36,729 bases of DNA from a virus (Duplodnaviria > Caudoviricetes): positions 1-36,729 of IMG/VR virus record IMGVR_UViG_3300026187_001225. One strand, written 5' to 3'. Below are positions 28,248-35,691 of this stretch, in pieces. Both the position numbers and the translations under genes were made by a program. The notes beneath the pieces are model-generated. The model saw nothing but the letters and a program-made list of their open reading frames with translations. It was not told the origin of the DNA and searched no databases. Numbering within the stretch: the first letter of the stretch is position 1; each line of letters opens with the position of its first letter.

Positions 28248-30065
28248 ATGAAAAGACTTTTATTACCGATAATTATATTATTATCACTCCCACTTATATT
28301 TCAAAGCACACCAACAGAAATATTAAAACTTAAAACTTTTGATACCTTTGTAAAAAAATATGAGCCATCAGGTAACTTTGTAATTTTAAATATTACAGAA
28401 GAAGATGTAGAAAACGAAGGTGGTTATCCTTTCCCAAGAAGAAGATTAGCAGAAATACAAGTAGATTTAATTAATGAAGGTGCTATTGGCGTTGGTTGGG
28501 TTATGTCTTTTCCACAAGCAGACAGAATGGGTGGTGATGAAGTTTTTGCTACGACATTAGGCTACATACCTTCAGTAATAGCCATGTTTGAAGATGGCAA
28601 TAATAATTACCCAAAACCTACAGGAACTGTTGTCAAAGGAGACCATGTTGATGGTATAGTATCTAAGGGAGTCAAGGAAAACCTGAACACCTTATCAAAT
28701 AAAACATTGCAGGGTTTAGCCATTGCTCCCACTGAAGTTGACCAACTTGTTAGAAGAATCCCATTACTTGTAAGCACTCCTGATAAAAACTGGATTCCTT
28801 CTTTTGGCACACAAATATACAAAGCACTTTTTGATGTTAGAACTTATATTATAAAAACTAATGATAATGGTATAGAAGAAATATCAATCAGAGGAATACC
28901 ACCAGTAAAAACAGACAGTCTTGGTCGCAAATGGATAAGTTGGATTGATACACCACAAACCACCTTACAAGAAATGGATGTTGCAGGTAAATTTGTATTT
29001 ATTGGTGTCACAGCTAATGGTGTAATGCCACAATTAGCCACACCAGTTGGATTAATAGAACCACATAAAATACAAACTGCATTAGCAGAATCAATTTTGA
29101 TACAAGACAGTCCTTACATCCCTGACTGGGCATTAGCTGTAGAAATGTTAATTTTTATCTTAACAGTGACTGTAATATGGCTTCTATTAAACGTTTTGGG
29201 TATCACATGGGGTTTGGTATTAGCTCTAACAATAATGTTGTCAACAGCTTATACAGGATTTGCACTTATAAATAAGGGTATTTTAATTGATGTGACATGG
29301 ACACTAATATCTCAGTTTGTTACTGGGTCAATAGCGTTTTATCTTAGATTTAGAGAACAATGGAAACTAAGAGTTCAAATTAAAGGACAATTTGGCACAT
29401 ATATTTCGCCTGATATGGTAGATATGATTGTAAAAGACCCAACTTTGATGAAATTAGGTGGCGATAGAAAAGAAATGACTTTTATGTTTGCAGATATTGT
29501 AGGTTTTACACCAATATCAGAAGCATATATGAAAAAAGATGACCCTGAAGGTTTAGTAGAGCTTATAAATTTATTTTTAGACAAAATGACCAAAACAATT
29601 TTAAAAAATGGTGGAACGATTGATAAATATATGGGTGATTGCATCATGGCTTTTTGGAACGCACCTTTACCTTGCGAAAATCATGCAGAAATGGGTGTAA
29701 AAACAGCAATTGAAATAGAATTGTTGACAGAAGAACTTAACGCAAAACTTAAAGAAGAAGGATATGACTTACCACCAGTTGTGATTGGCACTGGTATCAA
29801 TACTGGAACTTGTATAGTTGGTAATATGGGTTCTGAGCTTAGATTTGATTATTCAGTAGTAGGCGATGCAGTTAATCTTGGTGCAAGACTAGAAGTTCAG
29901 ACAAGAACTTATGATACGCCTATATTAATATCTCAATATACCTTTGAACAAGCAGATATGCCTTGCAAACGTATAGATGAAATAAAAGTCAAAGGTAAAG
30001 AAGAACCAGTAGTAATTTATGCACCATATGTAAAACAAGAAGTAAGAAGTTTGTATAAAAAGTAA
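28248..30065 (+). CDS. CHASE2-domain membrane adenylate cyclase (class III)
   Basis: N-terminal TM; CHASE2-like (I.E......GGYPFPR, D..VRRIPL, TPVG...PH); three TM helices; catalytic FADIVGFT, DKYMGDCIMAFWNAP, GINTG...VGNMGS..RFDYSVVGDAVNLGARLE. Lys/Asp specificity pair indicates ATP. Confidence 0.95.
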   Translation: MKRLLLPIIILLSLPLIFQSTPTEILKLKTFDTFVKKYEPSGNFVILNITEEDVENEGGYPFPRRRLAEIQVDLINEGAIGVGWVMSFPQADRMGGDEVFATTLGYIPSVIAMFEDGNNNYPKPTGTVVKGDHVDGIVSKGVKENLNTLSNKTLQGLAIAPTEVDQLVRRIPLLVSTPDKNWIPSFGTQIYKALFDVRTYIIKTNDNGIEEISIRGIPPVKTDSLGRKWISWIDTPQTTLQEMDVAGKFVFIGVTANGVMPQLATPVGLIEPHKIQTALAESILIQDSPYIPDWALAVEMLIFILTVTVIWLLLNVLGITWGLVLALTIMLSTAYTGFALINKGILIDVTWTLISQFVTGSIAFYLRFREQWKLRVQIKGQFGTYISPDMVDMIVKDPTLMKLGGDRKEMTFMFADIVGFTPISEAYMKKDDPEGLVELINLFLDKMTKTILKNGGTIDKYMGDCIMAFWNAPLPCENHAEMGVKTAIEIELLTEELNAKLKEEGYDLPPVVIGTGINTGTCIVGNMGSELRFDYSVVGDAVNLGARLEVQTRTYDTPILISQYTFEQADMPCKRIDEIKVKGKEEPVVIYAPYVKQEVRSLYKK

Positions 30066-30079
30066 TTCCAATATAGAAT
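30051..30079 (+). promoter_or_regulatory. Possible sigma70-like promoter for the lysis genes
   Basis: TTGTAT-N17-TAGAAT, ending 6 nt before ATG 30086, which has no Shine-Dalgarno. Confidence 0.4.
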
Positions 30080-30085
30080 TATTTT

Positions 30086-30493
30086 ATGGGTTTTAAATTA
30101 TCAATTATATTAGGTGGTATTTTGCTTGTAACAGTATCAGGTTCTGCATGGTATATAGATAGACTACAAGACAATATATCTACCTTGAAAGCAAATCAGA
30201 TGACATTAGAAAAATCTATTGCTGAACAAAACGAATCAATAAAAAAACATTTAGCAAAACAACAACAAACACAAGAGCAACTACAAGTTCTTACACAAAA
30301 AAATCAAGAAGCACAGAGAGAAGTGCAAAATTTAAGAAATACTTTTGCAAAGCACGATTTAGATGCTTTAGCAATTGCTAAACCAAAACTAATAGAAAAT
30401 ATAATTAATAAAGCATCCAAAAAAGTTAATAAAGAATTAGTTGAATTAACTAATCCAAACCAATTTGACGAAACACTGGGTGATGTAAATTGA
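30086..30493 (+). CDS. Putative inner-membrane spanin (Rz-like)
   Basis: Single N-terminal TM helix, long coiled coil, C-terminal AKPKLIE; adjacent to a lipoprotein gene. Confidence 0.7.
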   Translation: MGFKLSIILGGILLVTVSGSAWYIDRLQDNISTLKANQMTLEKSIAEQNESIKKHLAKQQQTQEQLQVLTQKNQEAQREVQNLRNTFAKHDLDALAIAKPKLIENIINKASKKVNKELVELTNPNQFDETLGDVN

Positions 30494-30864
30494 AAATTAT
30501 TAATACAATGTTTGCAGTGCTGATTATCAGCAGTTGTTCAATAATTCCTACATCACCTAGACCTGTTGAAGTCGTAACAGTCGCAGAGTCTATTCCTATG
30601 TATCATCCACCTTTACCCCTAGAGGTGCAACTAAATGATGTAAGTTGGGAAGTCTTAACCCCTCTACTAATGCAAGAATACCTAGCTGAATTGGAAAAAG
30701 GCTCTGCACCTCAATCAGCATATTATTCTTTGACCTCTAAGGAATATGAAAAGCTATCTATGAATTTAGCAGAAATCAAAAGATATTTAAGAGATACGTT
30801 ATCTATTGTTGAGTATTATAGAGAATATGACAAAGAAGAAGAAAAGTCGCAAGATGATAAATAA
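30490..30864 (+). CDS. Putative outer-membrane spanin lipoprotein (Rz1-like)
   Basis: Lipobox IISSC, Pro-rich segment, helical C-terminus; overlaps the i-spanin stop. Confidence 0.7.
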   Translation: MKIINTMFAVLIISSCSIIPTSPRPVEVVTVAESIPMYHPPLPLEVQLNDVSWEVLTPLLMQEYLAELEKGSAPQSAYYSLTSKEYEKLSMNLAEIKRYLRDTLSIVEYYREYDKEEEKSQDDK

Positions 30865-30906
30865 TTTGTTAGTATTTAAACTTCATTCATAACAAAGGAG
30901 AAAATT

Positions 30907-31074
30907 ATGTTTGGATTTATCGGAGAATGGATTGGTATTATTACAGGTATTGTATGTGGAGCATCAATCATCTGTGCTTTAACACCAACTCCAAAAGATG
31001 ACGCTATGATAGGCAAACTATACAAAGCTATAGAATTATTAGCTTTAAATATAGGAAAAGCTAAACAGAAATAG
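30907..31074 (+). CDS. Small membrane protein, putative holin (not in the ORF track)
   Basis: Hand translation MFGFIGEWIGIITGIVCGASIICALTPTPKDDAMIGKLYKAIELLALNIGKAKQK (55 aa); AAGGAG RBS; inside the lysis cluster. Confidence 0.65.
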   Translation: MFGFIGEWIGIITGIVCGASIICALTPTPKDDAMIGKLYKAIELLALNIGKAKQK

Positions 31075-31076
31075 CA

Positions 31077-31472
31077 ATGTCTGAATCAGTCACGCCATTT
31101 GTATACAACGCTATACTAGAGAGGGTAATAGATGGAGACACCATAGACGTGACTCTAGATTTAGGCTTTGATGTCAAATTACATAAGCAAAGAGTTAGAT
31201 TAGCAGGTATTGATACACCTGAATCACGCACAAGAAATTTACAAGAAAAAGCACTTGGCTTAAAAGCAAAAGATAGATTAATAGAACTTTGTAATGGTTC
31301 ATTTAAGGTGCAATCATTAGGCAAAGGTAAATATGGAAGGATATTAGGAATACCTTATGATGAAAATAATAAAAGCATTTGTCAGATTCTTATTAAAGAA
31401 GGACACGCAGTTGAATACTGGGGTGGCACAAAAAAAGCAAAAGTCCGAGAGGACGGAACTTGGGGAGAATAA
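31077..31472 (+). CDS. SNase/thermonuclease-family nuclease
   Basis: RVIDGDTI, RVRLAGIDTPE, GKYGRILG, LIKEGHA. Confidence 0.92.
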   Translation: MSESVTPFVYNAILERVIDGDTIDVTLDLGFDVKLHKQRVRLAGIDTPESRTRNLQEKALGLKAKDRLIELCNGSFKVQSLGKGKYGRILGIPYDENNKSICQILIKEGHAVEYWGGTKKAKVREDGTWGE

Positions 31473-31473
31473 T

Positions 31474-31917
31474 ATGAAAATATCACAAGAAGGATTAGCA
31501 CTAATAAAGAAATTTGAAGGTTGCAAATTAGACTCATATAAATGTTCAGCAGGTGTTTGGACTATTGGTTATGGTTCTACTAAAGGCATTGAAGAAGGAA
31601 TGTCTATTACACAAGAGGAAGCAGAAGAATTATTAATAAAAGATATTGCAGTATTTGAAGAAGAAATAGAAAAAGCTGTAATTGTTCCATTAACGCAACA
31701 TCAATTTGATGCACTTGTTTCTTGGACTTTTAATTTAGGTGGTGCAAATCTTAATGCATCAACTATGCTTAAAGTTTTAAATAAATGTGAATACGAAGAA
31801 GTCCCTTCACAAATGAAAAGATGGAACAAAGCAGGTGGCAAAGTTCTACAAGGATTAATTAGAAGAAGAAATGCAGAAGCACTGTTGTTTGCAGGACAAG
31901 ATTGGAGTGATGTATAA
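31474..31917 (+). CDS. Endolysin, GH24 lysozyme
   Basis: ATG 31474 after GGAG; IKKFEG...Y.CSAGVWTIGYGST, QFDALVSWTFNLG, RW.KAGG..L.GL.RRR.AE. Confidence 0.95.
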   Translation: MKISQEGLALIKKFEGCKLDSYKCSAGVWTIGYGSTKGIEEGMSITQEEAEELLIKDIAVFEEEIEKAVIVPLTQHQFDALVSWTFNLGGANLNASTMLKVLNKCEYEEVPSQMKRWNKAGGKVLQGLIRRRNAEALLFAGQDWSDV

Positions 31918-32049
31918 ATGGCAAATATTATAGAAGAAACTAAAGAAACACCTTTAATTGTAAAATTATTAAAACAAGCAATTGATGAAGATAATCTTAC
32001 AGACGAAGAAACTTTTGTAGCACACGAACTATACGAAGACTTAAAATAA
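31918..32049 (+). CDS. Small acidic hypothetical protein (not in the ORF track)
   Basis: MANIIEETKETPLIVKLLKQAIDEDNLTDEETFVAHELYEDLK (43 aa); GGAG upstream; fills the gap. Confidence 0.6.
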   Translation: MANIIEETKETPLIVKLLKQAIDEDNLTDEETFVAHELYEDLK

Positions 32050-32052
32050 AAA

Positions 32053-32280
32053 ATGGCTCTAAGCAAAATACAAACAAAAAGACTAGGCAGTATATTATCA
32101 ATTATGTTTAATGAAGAACTGCCTAATGATTTGTATGATAAATTAATCAATGAAGGTTTTGTAAAATTATCTGACAAAGGCTACATATTGACTGAAAAAG
32201 GTATTTCAGAAAAAAATAGATTATGCACTTTAGCAGGTCTTAAAATTCAATATTCTAGTGAGAAACGAGCAACAGGCTAG
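32053..32280 (+). CDS. Hypothetical protein, possible winged helix
   Basis: L..EGFV......Y.LTEKG pattern; last gene of the + strand block. Confidence 0.6.
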   Translation: MALSKIQTKRLGSILSIMFNEELPNDLYDKLINEGFVKLSDKGYILTEKGISEKNRLCTLAGLKIQYSSEKRATG

Positions 32281-32684
32281 ATATCGTTTAAAAATTTTCT
32301 TAATTTTGTAGAACTAAAATTATGTTTTCTGCTGTTGTAATGAATATCAATATTACGTTCTTCACAAATATATTTACCAGTAAAATATTTGTCACGATAT
32401 TCTTCACCTATAATTCTTATATCAATTGCTAAAGTTTTAAATATTGTTTCTAAGTCTTTTTCTGTTTCATACAAAATAATTTCATCAACATATTTGACAG
32501 CAGATAGCTGTATTTGTCTTTCTACTATTGATTGTATGGGTGCTTCTTTATTATCAAACTCTGTGCTTGGATTTATTTGTAAAGCACAGATTAAATAATC
32601 ACAGACAGACTTTGCTTCTTGTAACATGACAACATGACCTGCATGAAGAAGGTCAAATGCACTACAAGTGATTCCTACTTTCAA
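32277..32684 (-). CDS. Cytidylyltransferase (glycerol-3-phosphate cytidylyltransferase/TagD-like)
   Basis: AFDLLHAGH (HxGH), CDYLI, ERQIQL.AVKYVDEI, R.H.FSST.LR. Confidence 0.9.
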   Translation of the reverse strand: MKVGITCSAFDLLHAGHVVMLQEAKSVCDYLICALQINPSTEFDNKEAPIQSIVERQIQLSAVKYVDEIILYETEKDLETIFKTLAIDIRIIGEEYRDKYFTGKYICEERNIDIHYNSRKHNFSSTKLRKFLNDI

Positions 32685-32863
32685 TTGATGTAAATTTTAT
32701 CTTCTAACTTTTTGTATCCATATTGCTTGTGAAATACTAATTCTGCTTCATCTTCTTCAAGTAAAGGTTCTTGATACATTTCCCTTTCTATGCAGTTAGC
32801 AACCCACCATCTAGTAAAATTAACTTCATATGGTGCTTTATCATCATATACAAAATCATTCAT
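32681..32863 (-). CDS. Hypothetical protein
   Basis: 60-aa ORF, ATGA-coupled to both neighbours. Confidence 0.65.
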   Translation of the reverse strand: MNDFVYDDKAPYEVNFTRWWVANCIEREMYQEPLLEEDEAELVFHKQYGYKKLEDKIYIN

Positions 32864-33054
32864 TTGTTTCTCCCCTTTTCATTTAAAATTTCACTTAATC
32901 TAAGTAATAATTCTTTATGTTGTTCATAATTTAGCACTGAATCCTCATGCATTTCAACTATACTTTTGTGAACTTCAATTGCCATCTTATGTATTTCTTT
33001 ATCATTGCTTGATTCTTTTTTTCTATAATCGTCTAAATTAACTACTTTGCTCAT
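32860..33054 (-). CDS. Hypothetical protein
   Basis: 64 aa, begins with the common phage motif VVNLDDYR. Confidence 0.65.
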   Translation of the reverse strand: MSKVVNLDDYRKKESSNDKEIHKMAIEVHKSIVEMHEDSVLNYEQHKELLLRLSEILNEKGRNK

Positions 33055-33211
33055 CTTTATCCCTCATCATATCGTTGTGCATATTCAACCAGTCAATATC
33101 AACTTCATCTTTTCTGTTATCAAAGTAATATAAAATTAATGCAACAGTGTTTCTCCACATAGTGTCAATAAAGTTATCTATTTTTTTTAAAATCTGTTTT
33201 ATAACTTCCAT
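33038..33211 (-). CDS. Hypothetical protein (not in the ORF track)
   Basis: MEVIKQILKKIDNFIDTMWRNTVALILYYFDNRKDEVDIDWLNMHNDMMRDKDEQSS (57 aa); AGGAG RBS; TAATG coupling. Confidence 0.65.
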   Translation of the reverse strand: MEVIKQILKKIDNFIDTMWRNTVALILYYFDNRKDEVDIDWLNMHNDMMRDKDEQSS

Positions 33212-33423
33212 TATAAACTCCTATAATCATTAACTTGTTCTTCTTCTTTCAGCTTTATATATGCGTGTAGGACACTCTCAGGTGTCTCACCTAGCGTTTT
33301 ATTAAAAAGTCTACGCCTTTCTATAATGTTGATTAACTCGTTCTTAGAACGCATATATTCCCATACTTCCATTTCGCCTAGTTCCTCATTAAGTTCTTGT
33401 ATTTGTTCTTTACAATAAAACAT
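33211..33423 (-). CDS. Hypothetical protein
   Basis: 70-aa ORF in a tightly packed - strand block. Confidence 0.65.
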   Translation of the reverse strand: MFYCKEQIQELNEELGEMEVWEYMRSKNELINIIERRRLFNKTLGETPESVLHAYIKLKEEEQVNDYRSL

Positions 33424-33426
33424 TAT

Positions 33427-33636
33427 TTACCCCTGTAATTGTTTCTTAGCTACTCTATGTGAGTCAGCACTGATTATTTTTGTTTGAAAACCTTGTTTTC
33501 TAAATTTAATTGATTGGTCGTCAATAAGACCATATTCATTTGAACGCATCCTTTCAAACCAGTCATTGACTCCTACAGATGGATTCTTTACATATAAGTA
33601 AAAAGTTTTAAGATTTTTATTGCCAACTATTTTCAT
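33427..33636 (-). CDS. Hypothetical protein
   Basis: 69-aa ORF, TAATG-coupled. Confidence 0.65.
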   Translation of the reverse strand: MKIVGNKNLKTFYLYVKNPSVGVNDWFERMRSNEYGLIDDQSIKFRKQGFQTKIISADSHRVAKKQLQG

Positions 33637-33833
33637 TATGATACCTGTAATCCTTGTAATTGATTTTGTAATGTTTCAATTTCTTGTGTGTTTCTTTGAA
33701 TTACCATTCTTGCTTGAAACCTTGTAGCTTCTACTGCATGGTTTAAAGAATTAGACCAATTGTTAGAATTATTTTCTAACCATTCAATTCTTTCATTGAT
33801 ATTTTGGATTCTTGTTGTGTGCCAGTTTGTCAT
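33636..33833 (-). CDS. Hypothetical coiled-coil protein
   Basis: Start ATG at 33833 preferred (AGGAAAATAAAATG); directly downstream of a promoter. Confidence 0.65.
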   Translation of the reverse strand: MTNWHTTRIQNINERIEWLENNSNNWSNSLNHAVEATRFQARMVIQRNTQEIETLQNQLQGLQVS

Positions 33834-33862
33834 TTTATTTTCCTTTTTCATTGTATATACAT

Positions 33863-33892
33863 ATTATAACCCCATATTGGAATAATATGCAA
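33863..33892 (-). promoter_or_regulatory. Sigma70-like early promoter
   Basis: TTGCAT-N18-TATAAT with TATTCCA in the spacer and an AT-rich upstream region. Confidence 0.7.
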
Positions 33893-33919
33893 GTGTTTTT
33901 AACTAAAAAATTAACATAT

Positions 33920-34096
33920 TTACTTAGCTCCTTTAAATAATCTTTTTGCATCACTAATATCTTGGTTAAGTTCATTAACAAGCATTGGTACATGACCAGT
34001 GTTTAAGGTATTGTGTGATAATTCTTGAATTAGTTTTTTTACATCTTTTTCAATATGTAAAAGAGCTTCTAATCTGAAATCTTTTTTATTTATCAT
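33920..34096 (-). CDS. Hypothetical protein (not in the ORF track)
   Basis: MINKKDFRLEALLHIEKDVKKLIQELSHNTLNTGHVPMLVNELNQDISDAKRLFKGAK (58 aa); AAGGA RBS; own promoter. Confidence 0.7.
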   Translation of the reverse strand: MINKKDFRLEALLHIEKDVKKLIQELSHNTLNTGHVPMLVNELNQDISDAKRLFKGAK

Positions 34097-34140
34097 TTTA
34101 TTTTGTCCTTACTCTGTGAGTATCAATTTATTATATCCCT

Positions 34141-34169
34141 AGTATAACCCCATAATGGAATATATACAA
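34141..34169 (-). promoter_or_regulatory. Sigma70-like early promoter
   Basis: TTGTAT-N17-TATACT with TATTCCA in the spacer. Confidence 0.72.
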
Positions 34170-34190
34170 GTGTTTTAAACTAAAAAAATT

Positions 34191-34859
34191 AACATACTTA
34201 CAGACAACAATTAAGCGAAAAATAAGAACAGTAGCGAACTGGATATTTTTCTAGATTTTTATTTACGTGGAAGCTATCCAATCATGTCAAAATTTAGGAT
34301 GAATTAACTCTCTTATTCTACAGGAGTCCTAAATCACACAGTGTACATCTTACTTGCATACAGGTTTTTCACCTTCTACTCAAATTCTTATAATGGTCTT
34401 TCGTGCCTAGTTGCGATATTTTGCTAATTGACAAACTCTTTTGGAGTTCTCAAAAGGATGTTTAATATCCATCAAAATGCTTACTTACCCACAGTATTAC
34501 TACTATTTTTTTCAGAGGACATACTACATAACAGCATCACCTACTTTAATTTGGTTCGTCTCTATGTATACGTTGTGGAACTCATTTAATCCACCCACAA
34601 GTTTTACCTCATGTTCATACCGAATTGCTCATTTTAAAAACTCCTGCTTAAAGCCGAAGATGGGTTTCATGTATCTTTTCGTATTAGTCCATATTACACC
34701 AAGCCTAATTAGTCTCTTTGTCACATCTAAGATATGCTCAAGCCTTCACTTGGTAGGAATCTTTTTTCCTCTATCCATTCAAATTTGATTTTTACTTTCT
34801 TATGTAATTAACATAATTAATAAATAAAAATTTATTTAATTGTTGTTTGTAAATATGTT
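34191..34859 (-). ncRNA. Candidate large structured RNA, domain B (~670 nt)
   Basis: 24-bp terminal inverted repeat 34191-34214/34836-34859 (one G-U and one mismatch on the - strand); many internal hairpins; no - strand ORF of 60 aa or more. Confidence 0.6.
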
Positions 34860-35172
34860 CAATATGCTTTACAGAGCAGGTAGCCACATAGTTTGCCTTT
34901 ACACTGGGAGACCCCTAGCTAGTCAATACATTACATTAGCTTTCTCTGAACCTTACTAAGCTGTTTTTATATAAAAACAGATGCAACAGTTACTAGAGGG
35001 GTTTTTTGCAGTTTAGTCAACATTGACAAAGTTGTACACCCTTGCACTAATCAGGCATAAAGTTCAGGAACTGGTCATCTACTTTATGCACCCTTTCAGA
35101 CTACTCTTAATACTAACAGCGTTTTGCAAATTGCTGTGTTTTTAGAATTTCTGCTCTGTAAAGCACATTGAA
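34858..35172 (-). ncRNA. Candidate structured RNA, domain A (~315 nt)
   Basis: 22-bp terminal inverted repeat 34858-34879/35151-35172 whose single difference is a G-U pair on the - strand; internal helices 35055-35063/35081-35089, 34911-34916/34997-35002 and 34961-34980. Confidence 0.6.
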
Positions 35173-35290
35173 TTTTTTAGTTTAATCTACTCTGAAACAA
35201 TTAAGCGAACATATGGTTCTTAACTTTGTAGAAGTGAGGTTAAGGTCTGTTTTGTGTCGTTTTAACTCTCCAAGCTCCCGACATACATAT

Positions 35291-35320
35291 ATTATAATAC
35301 GAAATGGAATATAAATGCAA
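35291..35320 (-). promoter_or_regulatory. Sigma70-like promoter firing into the non-coding region
   Basis: TTGCAT-N18-TATAAT with TATTCCA in the spacer and an A-rich upstream element. Confidence 0.7.
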
Positions 35321-35349
35321 CACTTTTTGCAACTTTTTTTTAATTATTT

Positions 35350-35691
35350 TTAGAAAGGTAAATCGTCATCTTTTTCATCAATCCATAATGAATTTTTTTC
35401 CCATAATTGTTTTGCATATTCTTGTCCTGCATCTTCTTTAAAACCATAGTGCTTAAAAAATTTAAACTCGTTGCCAAACTTAGTATGTAGTTGTGCATGA
35501 TGAAATGTACATAAAGGAATCACTTGGTCATCACCTGCTTTTAAAGACCATCCTCTTTTTCCATCAGAAGGTTTTAGTAAATGATGTGCTTGTATATTTC
35601 CATTACAAGACATGAACCCTGACCTGCTGATGAAGCATGGCAGAGTTCTGACCCACATTAAATGTTTCTTGTCTTGTAATCTTTTTGTCAT
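35350..35691 (-). CDS. HNH-like His/Cys nuclease-fold protein (DUF968/Ref-like)
   Basis: HL.WVR.LPC, C...QAHHL, IPLC..HH..LH; acidic DDDLPF tail. Confidence 0.7.
   Translation of the reverse strand: MTKRLQDKKHLMWVRTLPCFISRSGFMSCNGNIQAHHLLKPSDGKRGWSLKAGDDQVIPLCTFHHAQLHTKFGNEFKFFKHYGFKEDAGQEYAKQLWEKNSLWIDEKDDDLPF

Larger units (their letters stand above)
33865..34200. repeat. ~58-bp direct repeat (33865-33922 and 34143-34200) containing the promoters
   Basis: tataaccccatattggaataatatgcaagtgtttttaactaaaaaattaacatattta vs tataaccccataatggaatatatacaagtgttttaaactaaaaaaattaacatactta. Confidence 0.9.

Noticed and set aside
1469-32598. Many 60-200 aa ORFs antisense to or nested in long genes (e.g. 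4098-4649, 8071-8667, 25809-26294, 31701-32177)
   Set aside because: Shadow frames of well-supported genes, produced by codon bias and collagen repeats; no recognisable motifs.
34441-34788. 115-aa + strand ORF in the non-coding region
   Set aside because: TTG start, no RBS, atypical Phe/Tyr/Ser-rich composition and opposite to local transcription; better explained as the antisense of a structured RNA.
34191-35290. tRNA cluster, tmRNA or RNase P RNA
   Set aside because: No cloverleaf with a canonical T-arm, no tmRNA-type ends and no GAGGAAAGUCC core were seen by eye; a covariance search is still advisable.
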